Shown here: piece after piece, positions 1 to 9,256 of the stretch
Position numbering within the stretch: position 1 is the stretch's first letter
Layout: each line of letters opens with the position of its first letter
From: Alphaproteobacteria bacterium
GTDB taxonomy: Bacteria; Pseudomonadota; Alphaproteobacteria; Caulobacterales; Maricaulaceae
Reading direction: 5' to 3'
NCBI GenBank assembly: GCA_024742735.1
Contig: JANSXV010000006.1
Coordinates: 11,213-75,212 of the forward strand
DNA: 64,000 nucleotides
Translations under genes and position numbers: made by a program
Notes under the pieces: model-generated
What the model was told of the DNA's origin: nothing
The model's input: only the letters and a program-made list of their open reading frames with translations
Database searches by the model: none

Positions 1-779
1 AACCCGTCGTGTTCCGGACCCTCGACCTGGGCGGTGACAAGGTCACGCCCTACACCCCGTCCATGCGCGAGCCGAACCCGGCCATGGGCTGGCGGGCCCT
101 TCGCATGGGGCTCGACCGCCCGGGGCTGACGCGCTACCAGCTGCGCGCCCTGGTGCGGGCTGCGGCGGGCCGGGACCTCAAGGTTCTCTTCCCCATGGTC
201 GCCAAGCCTGCCGAATTCGCCGAGGCGCGCGCCATGCTGGACCAGGAAGTCGAGCACGCCCGCCGCCATGGTCATGAGCCTCCAAAGTCCGTGCGCGCCG
301 GCTTCATGCTGGAGACCCCGGCCATCGCTTTCCAGCCTGACGCCTGCCTGGCCATGGCCGACTTCGTTTCCCTCGGCGCGAATGACCTGATGCAATACTT
401 CTTCGCCGCCGACCGGGAGAACCCGAAGGTCGCCGACCGGTACGACGCCATCAGCCCCTCGGCGATCGCGCTCCTGACCTCGATCCGGGAGGCGTGCGAC
501 CGCCATGGCAAGCCGATCAACGTCTGCGGAGAGCTGGCCGGCCGGCCCCTCGAAGCCTGCGTGCTCGGGGCTCTGGGCTATCGAACGCTGTCCATGGCCG
601 CCGGATCCATAGGCCCGGTCAAGCGGGCCCTGGCGGGCTGCGATCTGGGCAAGCTGAAGGCCTGGCTGGATGAGGCGGTGACCGATTCAGGCTGCGATGA
701 TCTCCGCGCCCGTCTGATGGAAGCTGGTGACGCCGCCGGCCTTTCGCCCGAAAGTGTTGATACTTTCAAAAGCATTTGA
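1..779 (+). CDS. ptsP: PEP-protein phosphotransferase (EI-Ntr), C-terminal part; 5' truncated by window edge
   Basis: PEP-utiliser C-terminal motifs RTLDLGGDK, KVLFPMV, GFMLETPA, SLGANDLMQY, CGELAG; usual neighbour of rodZ-ispG in alphaproteobacteria. Confidence 0.88.
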   Translation, partial: PVVFRTLDLGGDKVTPYTPSMREPNPAMGWRALRMGLDRPGLTRYQLRALVRAAAGRDLKVLFPMVAKPAEFAEARAMLDQEVEHARRHGHEPPKSVRAGFMLETPAIAFQPDACLAMADFVSLGANDLMQYFFAADRENPKVADRYDAISPSAIALLTSIREACDRHGKPINVCGELAGRPLEACVLGALGYRTLSMAAGSIGPVKRALAGCDLGKLKAWLDEAVTDSGCDDLRARLMEAGDAAGLSPESVDTFKSI

Positions 780-845
780 TTGAATGTTGTTGCAGTGCGG
801 CAGGCGCGCCACACTGACGAGGGGGCGTCCAGAAGGACGCGTTTC

Positions 846-1724
846 ATGACCGGATCGACCATGGGCAAGCTGGAGACGACACAGCCGGACGGTGCTTATG
901 TGCCTGTGGATGCGGTGTTTTCTTCGCCGGCGCCAGAGGCGCCTGGAGGACTCGGTCTGGGAGAATACCTGCGCCGCGCCCGAAGCAAGGCCGGTTTGAC
1001 GCTTGATTCGGCCTCGGCGCGCACCCGCATCAAGCGCGATTATCTCGAGGCGCTCGAGGCCATGGATCCGCGAGGCCTGCCTTCGCGGGCTTACTGTGTC
1101 GGATATCTTCGCACCTACGCCCAGTTCCTTGGACTGGACGCTGCAGCCTGCGTGGATCAGTTCAAGGCCGAGCTGGAGGTGGACACAGGACGCGCCACGC
1201 CGACAGCGCCCCAGGAGCGCCGGGAGATCAAGCTGCCGCGCGGCATGGTCGGTGCGGTTCTGATCCTGGCTGGCGTCATCGCCGCCGGCGCCTGGTATGG
1301 CAATTACGTTTCGCGATCCGAAGCCGCAGCCGTGGTCAGCGCGCCCATGGACGCGCTGCTGTCCGACGAAGCCCCGCTGGTGGACACCGCCTCGCTGGAA
1401 ACGCCAAGCCCCCAGACGGTCTGGTCCGGTCTGCCTGACGCGCGCGGCGCCGGGGCGCTGACCTTTGAAGCAGCCGGGCCGGTCAGCCTTGAGGTGCGCG
1501 ACGCCTCGGGGCGGATTCTCGCGTCCCGCACGCTGGAAGCCGGCGATGTCTACCGCGCGCCGGACGAGCCGGGCCTGACGGTTTCGGCCACGGACGCCGG
1601 TGCTATCCTTGTGCGCGCGGCGGGCCGTCCGCTCGGGCCTCTCGGGGAGGCGGGCGCGGCGGTCGACAATATCTCCACCGCAGAATTCGTCATCGCCGCC
1701 ATGCGCGCAGACGGCGCAGGCTAG
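846..1724 (+). CDS. rodZ: RodZ-like HTH + TM + DUF4115-type protein
   Basis: N-terminal XRE HTH (GEYLRRAR...[12 protein letters not shown]...[13 protein letters not shown]), one TM helix, periplasmic C-terminal domain; directly upstream of ispG; start placed at ATG 846 behind AAGGA. Confidence 0.8.
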   Translation: MTGSTMGKLETTQPDGAYVPVDAVFSSPAPEAPGGLGLGEYLRRARSKAGLTLDSASARTRIKRDYLEALEAMDPRGLPSRAYCVGYLRTYAQFLGLDAAACVDQFKAELEVDTGRATPTAPQERREIKLPRGMVGAVLILAGVIAAGAWYGNYVSRSEAAAVVSAPMDALLSDEAPLVDTASLETPSPQTVWSGLPDARGAGALTFEAAGPVSLEVRDASGRILASRTLEAGDVYRAPDEPGLTVSATDAGAILVRAAGRPLGPLGEAGAAVDNISTAEFVIAAMRADGAG

Positions 1725-1806
1725 GGCTGGCCGCCGGGGTCGCGGAGCGGGCCGGTTCGGATTATATTCCCGCAGAATGCGCGCAACCCCCGGCATGAGG
1801 CCTGCC

Positions 1807-2952
1807 ATGTCCATTGAGGAACACACCAAGGTCCGCCCCTGGCGCATGATCGACCGGCGCACCAGCCGCAAGATCCGCGTGGGCTCGGTGGAGGTCGGCG
1901 GCGATGCGCCGATCAGCGTGCAGTCCATGACCAACACGCCGACGTCTGACGCCCGGGCCACGCTCAACCAGATCCGGGCGCTGGAGGATGTGGGCGCGGA
2001 CATCGTACGGGTGTCGTGTCCGGATACCGACTCCACGGCGGCCTTCAAGACCATCGCCCGAGAAGCGCGCGTCCCGCTCGTGGCGGACATCCATTTCCAT
2101 TACAAGCGCGGCATTGAAGCCGCTGAGGCCGGCGCGGCGTGCTTGCGGATCAATCCGGGCAATATCGGGTCCATGGACCGGGTCCGCGAGGTGGTCCAGG
2201 CCGCCAAGGACCATGGCTGCGCCATCCGCATCGGGGTGAACGCCGGCTCGCTCGAGCGTCACCTGCTGGAAAAGTATGGCGAGCCCTGCCCGGAGGCCAT
2301 GGTGGAGAGCGCGCTGGAGCATGCGCGCATCCTCGAAGACCTCGATTTCCACGAATACAAGATCTCGGTGAAGGCCTCCGACGTCTTCCTCACCGTCGCC
2401 GCTTATCAGGCGCTGGCCGAAGCCACGGACGCTCCGCTGCATCTGGGCGTCACTGAGGCCGGCGGGCTTCGCACCGGCGGCATCAAGAGCTCGATCGGGC
2501 TGGGCTCGCTGCTCTGGGCCGGGATCGGGGATACGATCCGGGTCTCGCTCTCCGCTGACCCGGTCGAGGAGATCAAGGTCGGCTACGACATCCTGAAATC
2601 CCTCGGCCTTAGAACCCGCGGCGTGAACATCATCGCCTGCCCCTCCTGCGCGCGGCAGGGCTTTGACGTGATCAAGACCGTGGAGGCCCTGGAAGAGCGC
2701 CTGGAGCACGTCTCAGAGCCGATCTCGCTTTCCATCATCGGCTGCGTCGTGAACGGGCCGGGGGAGGCGACGTACACCGATCTCGGCTTCACCGGCGGCG
2801 GCGCGGGGTCCGGCATGATGTATTTCGCCGGCAAGGCCACCGAAAAAGTCTCCAACGAGGAGATGATCGAACGCATCGTGGCAGCCGTCGAAGACAAGGC
2901 CGCCCGCATGAAGGCCGAACGCGAAGCCGCGGAAGCGAGCGCGGCGGAGTAG
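1807..2952 (+). CDS. ispG: 4-hydroxy-3-methylbut-2-en-1-yl diphosphate synthase
   Basis: [37 protein letters not shown] and GCVVNGPGE Fe-S motifs. Confidence 0.97.
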   Translation: MSIEEHTKVRPWRMIDRRTSRKIRVGSVEVGGDAPISVQSMTNTPTSDARATLNQIRALEDVGADIVRVSCPDTDSTAAFKTIAREARVPLVADIHFHYKRGIEAAEAGAACLRINPGNIGSMDRVREVVQAAKDHGCAIRIGVNAGSLERHLLEKYGEPCPEAMVESALEHARILEDLDFHEYKISVKASDVFLTVAAYQALAEATDAPLHLGVTEAGGLRTGGIKSSIGLGSLLWAGIGDTIRVSLSADPVEEIKVGYDILKSLGLRTRGVNIIACPSCARQGFDVIKTVEALEERLEHVSEPISLSIIGCVVNGPGEATYTDLGFTGGGAGSGMMYFAGKATEKVSNEEMIERIVAAVEDKAARMKAEREAAEASAAE

Positions 2953-3080
2953 GGCGGCGCACTGCACGACCGATACGATTGTGTTCGTATCTAAGCTCAC
3001 CCCTTCAATTTGATCTCGGGCGACGGATATCAGGACGGCGGCGCGTAGAGTCGACGTCATATCCGACTTGGAGCCCAGAC

Positions 3081-4187
3081 ATGCGAACATCAGGTCTTGC
3101 CGCCGCAATCCTCTATGCCGGTATTGCGCTCAGCCCGCCTGCCGAGTCCCAGGTACCGGACGGCTGGATGGACCGTCGCCAGGCGCAGGAAGCGCGCGGA
3201 CCGGATCATACGCCGTCGCCGGCTTATCGCGCCGGTCAGGTTCGTCACAGCGTCGCGATCGACGAGGGCGTTTGGCATGATCAGTCTCGCGGCGGGCGGG
3301 CAGTCGCCTGGAGACTCTATTACCCGCAGGGCGCAGAACTCATGCCGGTCCTCATTTTCTCCCATGGCGGCGGCGGTTCACGCGAAGGCGGCGCGTATCT
3401 CGGCGCCTGGATGGCGAGCTTCGGCTACGCCTCCTTCCATATTCAGCACTCCGGGACAGACATAGAGCATGTGCGCGGGGCTGTACGGGATGCTCGGCGT
3501 GGACCAGAGCGCCGCGAAGCCGCCCGGCAAGCCTTTCAGGACATCCTGGCCGCCGTGAACGATCCCACCCTGGCAGAGGACAGATTTCGCGACATCAGCT
3601 TCACCGCTGCACATCTCGGCGCGTTGCCGGCGCAGGACGACGCTCCAGGCTGGAGCGGCGCGCTTGATCTGGCCCGGCTCGGTGTCTACGGGCACTCGTT
3701 CGGCGCTATCACGGCACTTGTTGCGGCCGGACAGTCAGTCGAGGGGTTCGGCCGTGAACTGGCCACGCCAGGCGTCGGCGCTGTAGCGGTTCTCAGCCCC
3801 TCGCCGCCGCGGCCGGGCTACGGGTCAGCTGAGACGGCGTTCTCGACCATGAATGCGCCGATCTTCCATGCGACCGGCTCCCGCGATGGAGCGCCGGATG
3901 GACGGATCACGCCGGAGGACCGCCTGACCCCGTTCGAGCTGATCGATTCAGTCGACCAGTATCTCCTCGTTCTGGATGGCGCAGATCACATGGCTCTGGG
4001 CGGACGCAGCCGAGGCGGCGGTCCCGTCTTCGAAGGCCATGTTGACGCGCTGCGTCAGGGTGTACTCGCCTTCTTCGACGCAGAGCTGCTGGACGACCTT
4101 GAGGCGCGAGCCTTTCTGGCTCCGGACGGGCCATACGCCCGATCGCTCGGGTTGGGCGACCGCTACACCGTCAAACCTGCACACTGA
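3081..4187 (+). CDS. Exported alpha/beta hydrolase
   Basis: Signal peptide, FSHGGGG oxyanion motif, GHSFG nucleophile elbow, C-terminal D...H (GSRDG / GADHM). Confidence 0.8.
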   Translation: MRTSGLAAAILYAGIALSPPAESQVPDGWMDRRQAQEARGPDHTPSPAYRAGQVRHSVAIDEGVWHDQSRGGRAVAWRLYYPQGAELMPVLIFSHGGGGSREGGAYLGAWMASFGYASFHIQHSGTDIEHVRGAVRDARRGPERREAARQAFQDILAAVNDPTLAEDRFRDISFTAAHLGALPAQDDAPGWSGALDLARLGVYGHSFGAITALVAAGQSVEGFGRELATPGVGAVAVLSPSPPRPGYGSAETAFSTMNAPIFHATGSRDGAPDGRITPEDRLTPFELIDSVDQYLLVLDGADHMALGGRSRGGGPVFEGHVDALRQGVLAFFDAELLDDLEARAFLAPDGPYARSLGLGDRYTVKPAH

Positions 4188-4229
4188 AGGCGACGAGCAA
4201 GCCGCTCGCCGAGCCTCCTAGTGCGGCGT

Positions 4230-4871
4230 TCACCCGACCGCCGGCCCGATCAGGCCTGATCCCCGTAGCCCCGTGATCACGAACTCGACCGCCAGGGCGG
4301 CGAGGATGATGCCCATGATGCGGATGGAGACGGTGCGGGCGGTCTGGCTGACCATGCGGTCCAGCAGCGGCGCGATCAGCAGAGCGGCGCACAACAGGCC
4401 CACGACCACCAGAACGACGGCGGCGAAGACGCTGGCCTTGGCGACGCTGTCCACCTGTTCGGAGAAGATGATCAGCGTGGCGATGGCGCCGGGGCCTACG
4501 GTCATGGGGATGGTGAAGGGGTAGATCGCCGGATTGTCCACGCGCTCCATCTGGCCGCGCTCGCGCTCGGTGCCGGAGTTGGAGGTGTGCCGGGCGCCGG
4601 AGATCATGGTCAGCGCGATGGAAAACAGCAGGATGCCGCCGGCGATGCGGAAGCTGTCGATGGCGATCCCGAACAGGTCCAGCACCTGACGGCCGACCAG
4701 CGCAATAGCGAAGCAGGCGACCAGCGCCGCAATGGTGGCGGTGATCGCCATGCTCCGGCGGCTGGCTTCGTCCTCGCCCTCCGTCAGCGACAGGAAGACC
4801 GGCATCGCCGCCAGCGGATTGAGCATGGCGAAGAAAGCGGCGAGGAAACGGGTGAAGAATTCGATGTCCAT
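4230..4871 (-). CDS. MarC family integral membrane protein
   Basis: FAMLNPLAAMPVF, FRIAGGILL, YPFTIPMTVGPGAIAT, RIMGIILAALAVEF; six hydrophobic segments. Confidence 0.92.
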   Translation of the reverse strand: MDIEFFTRFLAAFFAMLNPLAAMPVFLSLTEGEDEASRRSMAITATIAALVACFAIALVGRQVLDLFGIAIDSFRIAGGILLFSIALTMISGARHTSNSGTERERGQMERVDNPAIYPFTIPMTVGPGAIATLIIFSEQVDSVAKASVFAAVVLVVVGLLCAALLIAPLLDRMVSQTARTVSIRIMGIILAALAVEFVITGLRGSGLIGPAVG

Positions 4872-5062
4872 GTCGGGCCGGGGGCTTTCAAAAGCGCCGC
4901 TCCCATCAGCGGCGCAGCCCCGTAACGCGCAAGGGGCCGGGCGTGCAAGCGCTGTCCTCCCCCGGCCCGTGCAAGACCGTCGTGCGTAATCGCTGCAGCA
5001 GGACCGGTCGCAGAGTGAGCCGGCGGGTCGATTCAGGGTGAATACGCGGCTTACCACGTTTG

Positions 5063-5078
5063 TTACCAGTGACTTAAC
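5063..5078 (+). promoter_or_regulatory. CtrA-like box upstream of first tadG paralogue
   Basis: TTAC-N7-TTAAC, one mismatch to TTAA-N7-TTAAC. Confidence 0.5.
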
Positions 5079-5128
5079 GGGTCCGGCGCGACTCTCCAGC
5101 GGAAACCTCATCGCGCAGGAGCCGCGTC

Positions 5129-6409
5129 ATGTTCGACCGTTTCAAACGACTCGCCGCCAGCCGCGCCGGGAATGTCTCGGTGGCGTTCGCCCTGGCGCTC
5201 GCGCCGCTGACCGCCAGCGTTGGCGGGGCGGTGGACTATACCCGCACCTTCACGATCGGGTCCGAGATTCAGAACGCGCTGGACACCGGCGTTCTCGCCG
5301 CCGCGTCGCTCAGCCAGACCCGGCCTGCGGAAGAGGTCGTGCGCGCTTATGTGGAGGCGGCCATCGCGGAACATCGCGGCGTCATTGAAAGCCTGGTCGT
5401 GACGGTCACGCCGAACGTGGCGCTCAACGCCCGCACCGTGGCCGCCGAGGCGACGGTGACTGTCCCGACGGTCCTGCTTGGCGTCGCCGGGATCGAGCGC
5501 CTGGCCCTGAGCCGGGGGTCTGAGGCCACCGAACAGGTGCGCAATCTGGAGATTTCCCTGGTTCTGGACGTGTCCGGCTCCATGTCCGGGTCCAAGATCG
5601 AAGCGCTGCGCGAGGCGGCGGCGGAGTTCGTCCAGGTCGTCATGGCCGGGGAGGTCTCCGACATGACCTCCATTTCGATCATTCCCTACAATGGCGGGGT
5701 CCGCTTGCCCGACTATGTGAACGCTCAACTTGTCTCCGGCGGGACGTCCAATGCGCAGCGCTCGGGATGCCCGGAATATGGTGATGACCATCCGATCGTC
5801 CTGCAGCCGCCGGCCAACGGGCTGAACTGGCTGGAATGGCGGGGCCGGGCCCAGCATGGGTCGCGCAACTCCGCCTTCTGCCCTGAAAGCAACGAGGCCT
5901 CGGTGTTCCTGCGCAACAACCAGGCGAACCTGCTGGCGCTCATCGAGGACCTGGACGCGGGCGGCAATACCGGCCTCGACATCGCCACGGCCTGGGGCGC
6001 GCGGGCCCTGGATCCGGTCTGGCGTGGACGCCTTGGCGGGAACTTCGCCGACCGTCCGGTGGATTATGACGATCCCTCGACCATCAAGGCGCTTGTCGTC
6101 ATGACCGACGGCGCGGCCACGGCCCAGATCCGCAATTACTGGGATGAGGACGATGATCGCTGGCGGAACTACAACATGTATTCCGCCGCCCAGGCGCGCA
6201 CGAACATGGCCGCAGCCTGCGACGGGGCTGAGGCGCGGGGCGTGGACGTCTACACCATCGCCTTCCAGCTCTCCGGCTCGACAAACCGGGACCTGATGCG
6301 AAACTGCGCCAGCCGGCCGGAGAACTATTACGAGGTCGAGGACATGGACATCGCGGCGGCCTTCTCGGCGATCGCGGCTGACCTGAACACGCTGCGCCTC
6401 AGTCGTTAA
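5129..6409 (+). CDS. TadE/TadG-like pseudopilin with vWA domain (copy 1)
   Basis: Prepilin-like N-terminus (AG|NVSVAFAL), MIDAS DVSGS...T...MTDG, paired Cys, YTIAF. Confidence 0.88.
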   Translation: MFDRFKRLAASRAGNVSVAFALALAPLTASVGGAVDYTRTFTIGSEIQNALDTGVLAAASLSQTRPAEEVVRAYVEAAIAEHRGVIESLVVTVTPNVALNARTVAAEATVTVPTVLLGVAGIERLALSRGSEATEQVRNLEISLVLDVSGSMSGSKIEALREAAAEFVQVVMAGEVSDMTSISIIPYNGGVRLPDYVNAQLVSGGTSNAQRSGCPEYGDDHPIVLQPPANGLNWLEWRGRAQHGSRNSAFCPESNEASVFLRNNQANLLALIEDLDAGGNTGLDIATAWGARALDPVWRGRLGGNFADRPVDYDDPSTIKALVVMTDGAATAQIRNYWDEDDDRWRNYNMYSAAQARTNMAAACDGAEARGVDVYTIAFQLSGSTNRDLMRNCASRPENYYEVEDMDIAAAFSAIAADLNTLRLSR

Positions 6410-6440
6410 CGCGCCATAAACTATTGTTTTAACGTGATTT

Positions 6441-6456
6441 TGGCACATTCTGTGCA
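6441..6456 (+). promoter_or_regulatory. sigma54 -24/-12 promoter with upstream IHF-like site (6417-6429)
   Basis: TGGCAC-ATTCT-GTGCA (GG-N10-GC); minus-strand AAACAA-N4-TTA is one mismatch from WATCAA-N4-TTR. Confidence 0.6.
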
Positions 6457-6507
6457 GGCTCTTGAGCTGAGCGCCCCGACCAGGGACACACGCTTCAGGA
6501 GCCGGCC

Positions 6508-7872
6508 ATGCTTGGGTCAATCACGTCCCGTCTTTCCGCCTTCGCCCGCGACATGCGCGGCAATGTGGCGGTGTCCTTCGCGCTGAGCCTGACGTCCCTG
6601 GCCGGGGCGGTCGGCGGCGGGCTGGACTATTCACGCTCGTCCGGAATCGGGACCGAGCTCCAGGCGGCGCTGGACTCCGGCGTCCTTGCGGCGGCCTCGC
6701 TGACCCAGAATCGCTCCGCTGAAGAGGTCGTGCGCGCCTATGTGGAGGCGGCCATCGGCGATCATGCCGGGGTGATGCAGACGCTGAATCTTGAGGTGAC
6801 CTCCGACATATCGCTGAACTCCCGCCGCATCGGCGCCCGCGCCAGCGTTCAGTCGCCGACGACGCTGCTGGGCATTCTCGGCATCAACCAGATCACCGTC
6901 ATCCGCGAAACCGAAGCGGTCGAGCGGGCGCGAAACATCGAGGTCTCGCTGGTGCTGGACATCTCCTCGTCCATGAGCGGGAACAAGATCGACAGCCTGC
7001 GCCAGGCTGCTCTGGACTTTGTCGACACGGTGCTGGACGCGGATGTCTCCGGGACGACCTCCATCTCGGTCATACCCTATGGCGGCACGGTCCGCCTGCC
7101 TGACACCTTCTTCAGGTTCGTGACCCAGGGCGAGACATACTCCCCGCCGGGGTTTAACTGGCAGCTTCCCGTCCCGGACCGCGTCGAGGACTGGAATGGC
7201 TGTCTCGAACTGAGCCGCAATCAGGTCGATCGGGTCGCCCTGACGCCGGGCGGTCATGGCGTGCTGCCGGACTTCACGGTCTGGAACCGAAACAATAACT
7301 GGTGCCCTGAGGATGAGGGCGCCGAGGCGATCTTCATGACCAATGACCGGGCCGCCTTGCGCGGCGTGATCTCCCGGTTCGACAATCCGATCCTGTCGGA
7401 CGGCACGGGTACGGACGTGGCCACCAGCTGGGGCGTGCGCGCCCTGGATCCTGTCTGGCGCGGCGAGCTGGGCGGAGAGTCGGACTTCTCCGACAGGCCG
7501 GCGGACTATGAGGATGATGCAACCATGAAGGTCATGGTGGTCATGACCGATGGCGGCATCACCCAGCAGCGCCGTCCTGAGCGCGGCTGGGATCCGGAGA
7601 CCGGGCCGTCGCACGTGGGCACGCGGGGCACGGACGATCTCTACAACACCAACGAAGCCCGCCGGAATTTCGAGAGCCTGTGCGGCTATGCCAAGGAGAA
7701 TGGCGTCGTGGTCTACACCATCGCCTTCCAGGTCGGGGGTGGCCGCAATCGCCGGGACATGGAGGACTGCGCGACTTCGCCGGCGCAGTTCTATGATGTG
7801 CAGGATCTGAATATCGCTGCGGCGTTCTCGGCCATCGCAGCGGACCTCAATCAGCTGCGCCTCAGCCGTTAA
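6508..7872 (+). CDS. TadE/TadG-like pseudopilin with vWA domain (copy 2)
   Basis: RG|NVAVSFAL, MIDAS DISSS...T...MTDG, same C-terminus AFSAIAADLNQLRLSR. Confidence 0.88.
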   Translation: MLGSITSRLSAFARDMRGNVAVSFALSLTSLAGAVGGGLDYSRSSGIGTELQAALDSGVLAAASLTQNRSAEEVVRAYVEAAIGDHAGVMQTLNLEVTSDISLNSRRIGARASVQSPTTLLGILGINQITVIRETEAVERARNIEVSLVLDISSSMSGNKIDSLRQAALDFVDTVLDADVSGTTSISVIPYGGTVRLPDTFFRFVTQGETYSPPGFNWQLPVPDRVEDWNGCLELSRNQVDRVALTPGGHGVLPDFTVWNRNNNWCPEDEGAEAIFMTNDRAALRGVISRFDNPILSDGTGTDVATSWGVRALDPVWRGELGGESDFSDRPADYEDDATMKVMVVMTDGGITQQRRPERGWDPETGPSHVGTRGTDDLYNTNEARRNFESLCGYAKENGVVVYTIAFQVGGGRNRRDMEDCATSPAQFYDVQDLNIAAAFSAIAADLNQLRLSR

Positions 7873-7904
7873 CCTATCATAAACCATTGATTTAACGTGA
7901 TCTT

Positions 7905-7920
7905 TGGCATCGATCCTGCA
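7905..7920 (+). promoter_or_regulatory. sigma54 -24/-12 promoter with upstream IHF site (7880-7892)
   Basis: TGGCAT-CGATC-CTGCA (GG-N10-GC); minus-strand AATCAA-TGGT-TTA is an exact IHF consensus. Confidence 0.6.
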
Positions 7921-7969
7921 GGGTGTGCACCCAGGTGTTCCGTTTGAGGACGCTGAAGGGAGACACGCC

Positions 7970-9256
7970 ATGTTCGGTGCGTTGAAAGTCATGGTCGCCC
8001 GCTTCGCCGCCGATGCGCGCGGCAATGTCGCCCTGACGTTTGCGCTGAGCGGCACGGTCCTCGCCACGGCTGTGGGCGGCGGGCTGGATTACTCGCGCTC
8101 CACGAGCGTCGGGACCGAGCTTCAGGCGGCGCTGGACTCCGGCGTGCTGGCGGCGGCGTCCCTGACCCAAAGCCGATCGGCCGAAGACGTGGTGCGCGCC
8201 TATGTGGAGGCGGCGCTGAGCGATCATCAGGGCCTGCTTCAGTCCCTGGACCTCCAGGTTTCCAGCGATATCAGCTTCAACGCCCGCCAGGTGGAGGCGA
8301 GCGCGGCCGTCACCGTGCCGACGACCCTGCTGGGTGTGGCCGGGATCAATTCCCTGACCGTGCGCCGCGACGCCAGCGCGCTTCAGCAGATTCGCGACAT
8401 CGAGATCTCTCTGGTCCTCGACATCTCCGGCTCCATGGGCGGCTCGAAGATCCAGGCGTTGCGCGATGCGGCGGAGGAGTTCGTCGAAGTCGTGCTGGCC
8501 GATAACCCGGAGCGCACCAGCGTCTCGGTCATTCCCTATAATGGCGGCGTGCGCTTGCCGTCCGAGGTTCTGTCGACGGGTATCGTGGACTTGCCGCCGG
8601 GCCTGCTGCGCCAGTCAGCGTGTCTTGAATATGGTCATGACTATCCCATCGAGATCGACCTGACCGATGTGGAGCTGGAGGTTCTGCGCTGGGGCGAGCA
8701 GCCTATGTGGGCGGGCTCATCTTCAGCCTTCTGCCCGGAGCGCAACGAAGAGTCGGTCTTCCTGTCCAATGATGAGGCCGATCTGATTGACCGAATCCGC
8801 GATCTGGACGCCGGCGGCAATACCGGTCTCGATATCGCGACCGCCTGGGGCGCGCGGGCTCTGGACCCGGTCTGGCGCGGGCGCCTCGGCGGCGATTTCG
8901 GCGATCGTCCGGCCGCCTATGACGATGAGGATACGATCAAGGTGCTGGTGGTCATGACCGACGGCGCAGCCACGGCTCAGATCCGCCGTGAGATGCGGCG
9001 CGGACGCCCGCGCAATGTCCAGCTCTACAGTGCCCGTCAGGCTCGTGAGAACATGGCGGACGCCTGCGACGAGGCTGAAGGCAAGGGCGTGCAGATCTAC
9101 ACGATCGCTTTCCAGCTTTCCGGATCGACCAACCGCAATCTGATGCAGGGCTGCGCCAGCCGTCCGCAGAACTATTATCAGGTCGAAGACATGGACATCG
9201 CCTCGGCCTTCTCCGCTATCGCCGCGGACATCAGCCAGCTGCGCATCAGCCGCTAG
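7970..9256 (+). CDS. TadE/TadG-like pseudopilin with vWA domain (copy 3)
   Basis: RG|NVALTFAL, MIDAS DISGS...T...MTDG; ATG 7970 behind AAGGGAG. Confidence 0.88.
   Translation: MFGALKVMVARFAADARGNVALTFALSGTVLATAVGGGLDYSRSTSVGTELQAALDSGVLAAASLTQSRSAEDVVRAYVEAALSDHQGLLQSLDLQVSSDISFNARQVEASAAVTVPTTLLGVAGINSLTVRRDASALQQIRDIEISLVLDISGSMGGSKIQALRDAAEEFVEVVLADNPERTSVSVIPYNGGVRLPSEVLSTGIVDLPPGLLRQSACLEYGHDYPIEIDLTDVELEVLRWGEQPMWAGSSSAFCPERNEESVFLSNDEADLIDRIRDLDAGGNTGLDIATAWGARALDPVWRGRLGGDFGDRPAAYDDEDTIKVLVVMTDGAATAQIRREMRRGRPRNVQLYSARQARENMADACDEAEGKGVQIYTIAFQLSGSTNRNLMQGCASRPQNYYQVEDMDIASAFSAIAADISQLRISR

Noticed and set aside
4872-4985. Fluoride or yybP-ykoY riboswitch before marC
   Set aside because: Only short fragments resemble the consensus (GGGGAG, CTGATG), and not in the right order or context.
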